From: an uncultured Christensenellaceae bacterium
Lineage (GTDB): Bacteria > Bacillota > Clostridia > Christensenellales > DTU072
Direction: 5' to 3'
NCBI GenBank assembly: GCA_964480195.1
Contig: CAYZOJ010000001.1
Location: 651 to 64,650 of the forward strand
DNA length: 64,000 nucleotides
Positions 56,786 to 64,000 of the stretch are shown here, piece after piece. Both the position numbers and the translations under genes were made by a program. The first letter of the stretch is position 1; every line of letters starts with the position of its first letter. The notes under the pieces were generated by a model. The model ran no database searches. It was not told where the DNA came from and worked only from the letters and a program-made list of their open reading frames with translations.

Positions 56786-58321
56786 TTATTTGCTTACGCC
56801 TATCGCGTTATTTTTTGTTTGAATGCCTTGTACTTTGGACGCGTCGGTTTCGATGACAGGTTCGTTTTTGACTTCGCACTTCTCGTACTCGGTTCTCGAA
56901 CCCACTCCTATCAATCCGCCGACGTTGACCGTGCCCAACGAGTATATCTTGATATCTCCGTCGCTTGTAAAACCGCGTACCGCCATACGGTAACCGGTCG
57001 TGTTTTCGGTGCCTCCCGCGACTCCGCCGACGCTTACGTTGACTCGGGTTATGTTTACGTCTATGTCGCCGTCGAACGAGGAATTCGCCACTCCGCGGTT
57101 TTCGAGCCTTCCGAACAATCCGCCTATGTAGCAATAATCGAAATCGTTACCGCCGACAATGTTCACATCTATTACGGCAGAGCTATATAACTTGGCGGTT
57201 TCGTCTATATCGTAAACGCCGACCGTTTCGCGATACTCGGCGGTGTCCGCTCCGACGATTCCGCCTACGTAAAGCGCGCCGAAATCCGCAATCTCTTCCG
57301 ACGAAACGTTAACAGTTATCTCGGAAAAACTGCGACTTTCTCTGACCGTTACGTTTTTGACGCCACCCGCAATACCGCCGACTTTGATGTCGCCTCCCCC
57401 CGAAACGGTTATGTTCGTTTCGGAAACAAGTCCTTTACATATGCGTCCCGACGCAACACTCTTAACGCTCGAAGTCATATATCCTACGATACCGCCCGCA
57501 TAAAGTTGCGCGTCGGAAACAAGCTCAGACTTTACGGTAAAGGCGCCCGACGTTAAGCAATTTTCGATTACGCTGACTTCCGCCCTGTTTGCTATAACTC
57601 CGACATTGCAGGCGCTTTTCGCTACCGCTCCGCCGGTTACTCCGCTTACGGTCAAGCCCTCCACGACGGCTCCGCGCAGTTCGCCGAACAAACCGCCCTT
57701 GCCAATGTCGAGTGCCGTTATTTTGTATCCGTTACCGTAAAACTCTCCCGAGAAAGTCGGATATCTGCGCGCCTCTCCCGAAAAATCCAAGTCGTTCGAC
57801 AGCACGTATACGCCGTTTGCGGACATCGCGAAAAACGAGTCGGCGTCGGTAACGTATCCGTCGACCTTTTTGACTACGATTTTGACTTCCGCAATAACGA
57901 CGTTGCCTTTGTTATACGCAACCTCAAACGTGGCTTCGTCACCCTCTTCCGCTCCGCTTGTTTTGACAATGAAATCTCGGGTTAACTCTATCGACTCGGT
58001 TCCGAGTTTTTGGGTTATAGTAAAGTTTTCGTACGGGATATTACCGCAAAACGACGGTTCGATTTGGTACTGTGTTTTCGAAGAGTTGACGGCGTAGGTG
58101 TAATATCCTTTGTATTTTACGCCCAAAGCGTATGTGGGACCGTCCGGGGTTTCATCGCCCAAAAACACCGCAAGCAAAACGGCGCAAACGATTAAAATGA
58201 TTACAACGCACAACGAAACGCACAAAATGATTTTTTTGCGTTTGCTCATAGGTTGTTTTTCCTCGTTCTTCTTTACCGAAACGGATTTGACGGAGGAATC
58301 GTTTTTTACGTTCTTAGGCAT
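56786..58321 (-). CDS. GLUG-motif protein with an N-terminal TM anchor (511 aa)
   Basis: KRKKIILCVSLCVVIILIVCAVLLAVFLG anchor. Repeated GLUG-type motifs (AGGIVGYMTS, VGGIAGGVKN, VGGIVGADTA, IGGLFGRLEN, VGGVAGGTEN, VGGLIGVGS). Confidence 0.85.
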   Translation of the reverse strand: MPKNVKNDSSVKSVSVKKNEEKQPMSKRKKIILCVSLCVVIILIVCAVLLAVFLGDETPDGPTYALGVKYKGYYTYAVNSSKTQYQIEPSFCGNIPYENFTITQKLGTESIELTRDFIVKTSGAEEGDEATFEVAYNKGNVVIAEVKIVVKKVDGYVTDADSFFAMSANGVYVLSNDLDFSGEARRYPTFSGEFYGNGYKITALDIGKGGLFGELRGAVVEGLTVSGVTGGAVAKSACNVGVIANRAEVSVIENCLTSGAFTVKSELVSDAQLYAGGIVGYMTSSVKSVASGRICKGLVSETNITVSGGGDIKVGGIAGGVKNVTVRESRSFSEITVNVSSEEIADFGALYVGGIVGADTAEYRETVGVYDIDETAKLYSSAVIDVNIVGGNDFDYCYIGGLFGRLENRGVANSSFDGDIDVNITRVNVSVGGVAGGTENTTGYRMAVRGFTSDGDIKIYSLGTVNVGGLIGVGSRTEYEKCEVKNEPVIETDASKVQGIQTKNNAIGVSK

Positions 58322-58384
58322 GTACGCTCCTTAATCCCTATACCTGTCTATTATAACACTAATGTCGCCCGTTGTAAATGCTAA

Positions 58385-58415
58385 ATTAAAAATAAAATCC
58401 GCGTGCGCGGATTTT
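58385..58415 (-). terminator. rho-independent terminator after the three-paralog cluster
   Basis: aaaatccgc-gtgc-gcggatttt (58394-58415). On the minus strand it is followed by ATTTTTAATTT. Confidence 0.7.
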
Positions 58416-58532
58416 TAATTATATGTGCGCTTATGCGTGCGCTTAACTTGCCCTATCCCGTCGGGTTCAGTTAAACCGCATTACGGGCGGAAACGACGTT
58501 TGCGGGCGTATGACCGCCCTCGGTAAAAAGTC

Positions 58533-60026
58533 TTATTTATCGCCGAACACGTCGCGCGGGTCGATACGCTCTTCCGACAACTCGTCTTTTTGAGCCCTCT
58601 GTTCCGCTTTACGCTTTTTGCGCTTTTTGATTTTGACGACTACTACGACGATTATCGTTACGGGTATGACAACTATAACGACAAGTCCGATAATAAGCGC
58701 GACTATTATGAACGTGTATAGTCCGTTGTCGACTTCCTCGGGCGACTCGGACGCGCATACGGAGAACTTAAGTTCGCCGTTCGGGAGCCCGTTCCCGACA
58801 TATTCGTAATATCCGTCGTGTTTCTCGAAACCCTCGAGCGACGGCTCCGACAGGTAATACGACGTGTTTATTCGAATATTAATATCCCCGAAAGACGCCC
58901 ACGTTTTGGCGGGACTCAGGTAATAATTGAACGTGTAAACACTCGGCTCATACCCGTAATCGACGTCGGGAAACAGAGGTGCGGTAACTTCGTTTACAAT
59001 AGTCTGTCCCGAAGCAAAAACGAGTTCGTACTCATACCAACACAGTAAGTCGTCGTCAATCTTGAAGTCGTACGTGCTAAGGAGCTTTTCTTTTCCCGCG
59101 CCGTCCGCGTATGAGTCGTCGAGATTTGCGACGACCGCGTTATACCAGTCGACCTCCGATACGCAAGAGTCTTCCGGTCTAAACTCCATCACCATATCGA
59201 GAAAAGTTATTGTTTCTTTGGAAACGACGTCTATCGACCCTGTGCACTTTTTACTTTCGCTAAAAGCCATCGTATCGTAATACTCGGCGGTTTTAGCGAA
59301 GTTCGCGTTATCCTCTCCTATAAAATAGACTGTGAGTTTTTCTTGATAAGAAGTTTCATCCGACTTTTCCGCCGTCAGCCAAAACGAAATGTGAGTGTAT
59401 TCGTCGTCGCCGTATTCGAATCCCGACGCGTCACTCACCGTTATGCCGTTATATTCGGTCAGCGCAAAACGCACGGCTCTACCCGTCGCGTGCACGTCGT
59501 AAACGTATTTGTATACGACCATATCCGTTTTCCAAAAATCGTTTTGCACATACTCGTCGCACAAAAGTTTTGCGTCTTCGGCGTAATCGAACTCGTCCGT
59601 CCAACGCTGTTTATAGGTATGTCTGACTGTTTTTAAAATATCCGCGCCGTCCGCGGTTATGCGCATATAATTCTGCTCGGCGTCTTCGGGAAGATCGCTA
59701 ACAAACCCTATCGGGAACAAAAGACCAACCTTTGCCGTATAATCGGCGGGGTTACGGAAGGTGTATTTTGCGGTTACCCTGCCTCCGCAATCGTATTGCA
59801 GATAATTTTCCGTTTCCGTTTCGATATCAAAAGTAAGCTCCTCGCTGTCAACGACTATCGGGCAGTCTTCCGTCGTAACGATTACTCCGCTCGAATCCAC
59901 TCCGTCGAAATACCTCATCGCGGAATTTGCCGACGCGGGTGTCCCGCCTAAGCTCGTTAGCGAAAACGCCGTTACGCATACCGCAAACAGCAACGCAAAA
60001 ATGCCGACTTTAATTTTATTCTTCAT
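58533..60026 (-). CDS. uncharacterised type I membrane protein, paralog 1 of 3
   Basis: Signal peptide MKNKIKVGIFALLFAVCVTAFSLTSLGGTPASA. Conserved blocks CPIVVDSEELTFDI, YDCGG(R/K)VTAKY(T/A)FRNPADYT, CWYEY(E/D)L, NEVTAPL(F/Y)PDV and YYLSPAKTWASFG. C-terminal TM helix plus a Lys/Arg-rich tail. Confidence 0.85.
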   Translation of the reverse strand: MKNKIKVGIFALLFAVCVTAFSLTSLGGTPASANSAMRYFDGVDSSGVIVTTEDCPIVVDSEELTFDIETETENYLQYDCGGRVTAKYTFRNPADYTAKVGLLFPIGFVSDLPEDAEQNYMRITADGADILKTVRHTYKQRWTDEFDYAEDAKLLCDEYVQNDFWKTDMVVYKYVYDVHATGRAVRFALTEYNGITVSDASGFEYGDDEYTHISFWLTAEKSDETSYQEKLTVYFIGEDNANFAKTAEYYDTMAFSESKKCTGSIDVVSKETITFLDMVMEFRPEDSCVSEVDWYNAVVANLDDSYADGAGKEKLLSTYDFKIDDDLLCWYEYELVFASGQTIVNEVTAPLFPDVDYGYEPSVYTFNYYLSPAKTWASFGDINIRINTSYYLSEPSLEGFEKHDGYYEYVGNGLPNGELKFSVCASESPEEVDNGLYTFIIVALIIGLVVIVVIPVTIIVVVVVKIKKRKKRKAEQRAQKDELSEERIDPRDVFGDK

Positions 60027-60100
60027 AGAGCCTCCTTTATGCGTAACAACCTATATTCGTATGGCATATTACGTACGATGCCTGTTCCCCACCGGGCATG

Positions 60101-61549
60101 TCAATTCGTTTTCTTTCTGCGTTTAGATCTTTTAGTAAGCAATATTGCAATTATAGTTAAAGCCACGGCTGTCGTCAAAATGATAACACCGACTATAATT
60201 ATCCAAGTTAACGAAGTATGCCCTGTGTATTTAGGATAATAAAGTGCACATGTGGTAAACTTAAGTTCACAATCCGGGAGCCCTTTACCTACATATTCAT
60301 AGTATCCGTCATATTTTTTGAAGCCTTCGAGTGAAGGCTCTTTCACATAATGCGATGTGTTAATTCTTATTGTCAAATCCCCGAAAGACGCCCACGTCTT
60401 AGCGGGGCTTAAGTAATAATTGAATGTGTAAGCTTTAGGATCCGAACCGGTATATACATCCGGATAGAGCGGGGCAGTAACTTCGTTTATTATCGTTTCA
60501 CCGGGCGCAAAACTAAGGTCGTATTCGTACCAGCATATAAGGTCGGAACCCAAGTCCATATAGTCATCGAAAGTCCAATCCGAGGGCTCGGTTTCCCACT
60601 TCTTTTTATCACAACGTTTAGCGACCATTACGTTATACAGATCGACATCCGTGATATCCAAATACGCCGAGCGCTCGGCTTTTAATTCCTTAATCATATC
60701 AAAATATGTGATTTCGTCTTTTGTTGCGATATATACAGAACCGGTACACTCTTCTTCTAAAGACGTATCGTAATATGTAACCGCAGAGCCTAAATTACCG
60801 TTTTCAATATCGACATCATAATAATATCCAAAAGACTCTTCTATATCCACTCCGATAAAATATATCGTAACTCTCTTATAGTAGGTCGTTTCCGATTCCG
60901 CATCCAAACTAAACGTCAGTTTTCTATTGCTTGAATACCCGCAACTCGTCGCGTTGCTAACAGTCATTCCGCCATATCGGCTCAAATCCAACCGCGCGAC
61001 TTGACCGGTTGAATGTACGTCGCAAATATATTTATGAACGCTAAGATCTGCGCTATATATGCCTTGTTTTATACAGTCATCTCTTAAAAGTTGCATGTCT
61101 TTTGCGTAATCGAAATCTTCTCTGTCTTTGTGCTTATAGGTGTAACGCGGGGTCATTTTTACATCCACGCCGTTTGCTGTCACACTACTATAATCACGTC
61201 CTTTATCGTTGGCTTTTTTAGACACAAAACCTGCAGAGAACAATAAACCGACATTGACGGTATAGTCGGCGGGATTGCGGAACGTATATTTAGCCGTTAC
61301 CTTGCCTCCGCAATCGTATTGCCAAAAACGCTCATCATCCGTTTCGATATCGAAAGTAAGCATCTCACTGTCGACAACTATCGGGCACTCTTCCGTCGTA
61401 ATGATTAGACCGCTCGAATTAACTCCGCTATAATACGTCCGCGCGGAATTGGCTGACGCGGGTGCCCCGCCTAAGCTCGTTAGCGAAAACGCCGTTACGC
61501 ATACCGCAAACAGCAACGCAAAAATGCCGACTTTAATTTTATTCTTCAT
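60101..61549 (-). CDS. uncharacterised type I membrane protein, paralog 2 of 3
   Basis: Same architecture as paralog 1. The first 97 nt, including the SD, are identical to paralog 1. Confidence 0.85.
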   Translation of the reverse strand: MKNKIKVGIFALLFAVCVTAFSLTSLGGAPASANSARTYYSGVNSSGLIITTEECPIVVDSEMLTFDIETDDERFWQYDCGGKVTAKYTFRNPADYTVNVGLLFSAGFVSKKANDKGRDYSSVTANGVDVKMTPRYTYKHKDREDFDYAKDMQLLRDDCIKQGIYSADLSVHKYICDVHSTGQVARLDLSRYGGMTVSNATSCGYSSNRKLTFSLDAESETTYYKRVTIYFIGVDIEESFGYYYDVDIENGNLGSAVTYYDTSLEEECTGSVYIATKDEITYFDMIKELKAERSAYLDITDVDLYNVMVAKRCDKKKWETEPSDWTFDDYMDLGSDLICWYEYDLSFAPGETIINEVTAPLYPDVYTGSDPKAYTFNYYLSPAKTWASFGDLTIRINTSHYVKEPSLEGFKKYDGYYEYVGKGLPDCELKFTTCALYYPKYTGHTSLTWIIIVGVIILTTAVALTIIAILLTKRSKRRKKTN

Positions 61550-61608
61550 AGAGCCTCCTTTAAGTTAGTAACCGTCCGCAAAAGGGTTTCTATCGTCGTA
61601 CGCCACTT

Positions 61609-63093
61609 CTATTGCCGTAAGTTAATCAATATGATGACAAGTATCACCACAAAAGCAACAACCGCAAAAACAATAGCGACGGTTTCCACCTTCGGCATCT
61701 GTATATTTGACGTAATCGTGTTTGTTGTTGCTGTTGTTTTTTGCGTGGGCTTCTTTGCTGTTACGGTAAACTTAAGTTCGCCGTTCGGGAGCCCGTTTCC
61801 GACATATTCATAGTACCCGTCATACTTTTCAAACCCGTCTAACGATGGTTTGATCATATATAACGACGTGTTTATCGTTATCTTTAACGAGCCAAATGAC
61901 TTCCACGTCTTTGCGGGACTTAAAAAGTAGTTGTACGTATATTGGTTATCCTCGTGTGCATTCGTTTTATAGTTATAATCTACATCGGGATAGAGCGGTG
62001 CGGTAACTTCGTTTATTATCGTTTCGCCTGGCGCAAAACTAAGGTCGTATTCGTACCAGCATATAAGGTCGGAACCTAAGTCCATATAGTCATCGAAAGT
62101 CCAATTATCGCGACGCCATGCCGACTTACTATTGTTGTGTTTTGCTACTATCGCGTTATGTAGGTCTATGTCCGAAATGCCCGAGATTGCGGAATAATCA
62201 GACATCTCCTTAATCATATCGAAATACGTTATCCGGTCTTGGGAAACAATGCGTACTGAGCCCGTACGCTCTTTTTCAAAAGACATCGTATCGTAATACC
62301 TTACCGCCGAGCCCAAATTGTCGTTATCAATATCGACATCACTATACTTGTACATATCGTTTCCGATGTCCGCTCCGATAAAGTATACGGTAACTCTTTT
62401 GTAGTAAGCCGACTTAGATTTATCGGCGGTATCGCTTTCTTCGTCTAGTTCAAACGTCAATACCCCGCCGTATTGTTCTTCGCTTTTAGTGGCATTGCCC
62501 ACGGCTATTCCGTCGTAATTGCTTAAATAAAATCTTACCGCCCGTCCTGTCGAATGTACGTCACAGACATATTTATAAACTTCGAGGTCTTGGTCATACT
62601 TGCCCCTCTCTATGCACTCGTCACTTAAAAGTTTTACGTCTTCGGAGTAATTGAAATTGTAATTACCGTCATTTACTTTATAACTATAACGAATACGTTT
62701 GTCTATACTATCACCGTTAACCGTTATATTCATATACTCTTTTGTGGCTTCGTCCGGCTCATCGCACACAAAACCTATAGGAAACAAAAGTCCGACATCG
62801 GCTGTATAATCGGCGGGGTTGCGGAACGCATATTTAGCCGTCACCTTGCCTCCGCAATCGTATTGGTTAAACTTCTCCTTATCTATTTGGATATCGAAGG
62901 TAAGCTCCTCGCTGTCGACAACAATAGGACAATCCTCTGTCGTGAGCAACACTCCGCTCGAGTCCACACCCTCAAAATACGTCATCGCGGAATTGGCTGA
63001 CGCGGGTGCCCCGCCTAAGCTCGTTAGCGAAAACGCCGTTACGCATATCGCAAACAACAACGCAAAAGCCACTGCTTCAATTTTTCTTTTCAT
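61609..63093 (-). CDS. uncharacterised type I membrane protein, paralog 3 of 3
   Basis: Same architecture as the other two. It shares a near-identical block of about 118 nt with paralog 2. Confidence 0.85.
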   Translation of the reverse strand: MKRKIEAVAFALLFAICVTAFSLTSLGGAPASANSAMTYFEGVDSSGVLLTTEDCPIVVDSEELTFDIQIDKEKFNQYDCGGKVTAKYAFRNPADYTADVGLLFPIGFVCDEPDEATKEYMNITVNGDSIDKRIRYSYKVNDGNYNFNYSEDVKLLSDECIERGKYDQDLEVYKYVCDVHSTGRAVRFYLSNYDGIAVGNATKSEEQYGGVLTFELDEESDTADKSKSAYYKRVTVYFIGADIGNDMYKYSDVDIDNDNLGSAVRYYDTMSFEKERTGSVRIVSQDRITYFDMIKEMSDYSAISGISDIDLHNAIVAKHNNSKSAWRRDNWTFDDYMDLGSDLICWYEYDLSFAPGETIINEVTAPLYPDVDYNYKTNAHEDNQYTYNYFLSPAKTWKSFGSLKITINTSLYMIKPSLDGFEKYDGYYEYVGNGLPNGELKFTVTAKKPTQKTTATTNTITSNIQMPKVETVAIVFAVVAFVVILVIILINLRQ

Positions 63094-63141
63094 GTCTGCC
63101 TCCTTGTCTTTTAGTTTCTCATTTTTCCGTCTTTAACTCGT

Positions 63142-64000
63142 TTATCTATAATATCTATCGTCGTAACCTCTGTGATAGCCGTCTTTTCTTTCGTCGTGTT
63201 TTTTACCTTTCTTTGTCATGGACGACGCACTGAACGTCTTGAACTCATCGCGGAACTCGCCTTGCTGTACGTCCGAAACGACATAGATTGACACAAATAT
63301 TATCAACGTTAAAACCATTCCGATAACGCTTCCCGCGAAGTCGATAACAACGTCAATAAACGACGCCGTCCTGCCGGACGTAAAAATCGGCAATTGGAAT
63401 ATCTCCGAGATCCCCGCGACGGCAAATGTAATTACCGGGGCGACGACTGCACTCCACCCTTTCTTTTTAAGCATTAACAGGCAACACGTAAGCACGCCTA
63501 CGCCGAGTAAACCGAATGCCGCAAAGTGTCCGATGAATTTACGCACGAACAGTTTGAAGCTCTTATAGATTACTCCGTGAACGGTCTTTTCCGCCACGAG
63601 TTCGGAATTCAATGAAGTCGTGGCTCTAAGCTTTATATCGCCTATTCCGGTGCAAAGAAGATTTCCGTCCTCTCCTATCGTGCCGGGTCCCTCGACAACT
63701 TCCCAAGTAACCTCGGCGTCCGTAAAATTCCTTTCGTACTGCACCGAATACTTCGATGAGGAATTATAAGCTATTCTTTCGTCGCCGACTATTGCCATTT
63801 CCGACGGCACTCCGCCGAGAACGTTAACGACAACGTCTTTTGTAAGGCTCTTATCATATACGGACGTTACCGAAATTACGCACTCGCCGTTAGATACGCC
63901 GTACACTTCGCCGTACTCACCGACCGTCGCAACGCTCGGATCCGACGATACCATAACGAACTCTAAGCTCGACGATATCTTCTTATCCGTATATTTCGGA
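63142..64000 (-). CDS. Big_2 domain - VanZ-like membrane protein fusion (probably 5'-truncated by the window edge)
   Basis: SSDPSVATVGEYGEVYGVSNGECVISVTS is a Big_2 signature, and two Ig-like units are present. The C-terminal FIGHFAAFGLLG...ISEIFQLPIFTSGRTASFIDVVIDFAGSVIG is VanZ-like. The frame upstream of the track's Met (63954) stays open to position 64000 (..KISSSLEFVMVSSDP). Confidence 0.75.
   Translation of the reverse strand, partial: PKYTDKKISSSLEFVMVSSDPSVATVGEYGEVYGVSNGECVISVTSVYDKSLTKDVVVNVLGGVPSEMAIVGDERIAYNSSSKYSVQYERNFTDAEVTWEVVEGPGTIGEDGNLLCTGIGDIKLRATTSLNSELVAEKTVHGVIYKSFKLFVRKFIGHFAAFGLLGVGVLTCCLLMLKKKGWSAVVAPVITFAVAGISEIFQLPIFTSGRTASFIDVVIDFAGSVIGMVLTLIIFVSIYVVSDVQQGEFRDEFKTFSASSMTKKGKKHDERKDGYHRGYDDRYYR

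Noticed and set aside
58533-63093. Diversity-generating retroelement (DGR) as the cause of the variable paralog regions
   Set aside because: No reverse transcriptase gene and no template/variable repeat pair with adenine-specific differences is visible in the window. The identity blocks look like reciprocal gene conversion instead.

Overview
This 64 kb window looks like a Gram-positive, Clostridia-like chromosome: it encodes WhiA and a YkvI-type membrane protein, starts are Shine-Dalgarno driven, and some genes start with TTG or GTG. Positions 1-16.2 kb are ordinary housekeeping genes: an NMT1/SsuA-type ABC importer, a YkvI-like protein, murB, whiA, dnaE, a Cof-type HAD hydrolase, uvrC, tRNA-Glu(CUC), and a TetR regulator divergent from a CocE/NonD hydrolase plus an HXXEE membrane protein. 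From 16.3 kb to the right edge, every credible gene is on the minus strand and the content is accessory. It includes three very large surface proteins of about 3786, 1221 and 1860 aa, built from Ig-like, MBG(YGX) and GLUG modules. It also includes glycan-utilisation genes (GH20, GH2, a GDE_C/GH63-like hydrolase, a GDPD-family protein, a Gfo/Idh/MocA oxidoreductase and a GPH symporter) and an aminotransferase cluster with two class II aldolase-like genes. Three tandem paralogous type I membrane proteins and a Big_2-VanZ fusion complete it. The most unusual content is non-coding. Three intergenic blocks (12.5, 27.8-28.6 and 50.7-51.3 kb) carry modular arrays of mini-hairpins with constant linkers. 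Two of these blocks also carry a roughly 190-nt structured module with compensatory base changes between its copies. In both, a long-range inverted repeat embeds the stop codon of the neighbouring gene. One block lies next to an IS200/RAYT-like (Y1 HUH) homolog whose catalytic motifs appear degenerate. No cas genes, reverse transcriptase, integrase or phage genes were seen. All functional calls come from motif and family recognition by eye. No database search or folding computation was run.
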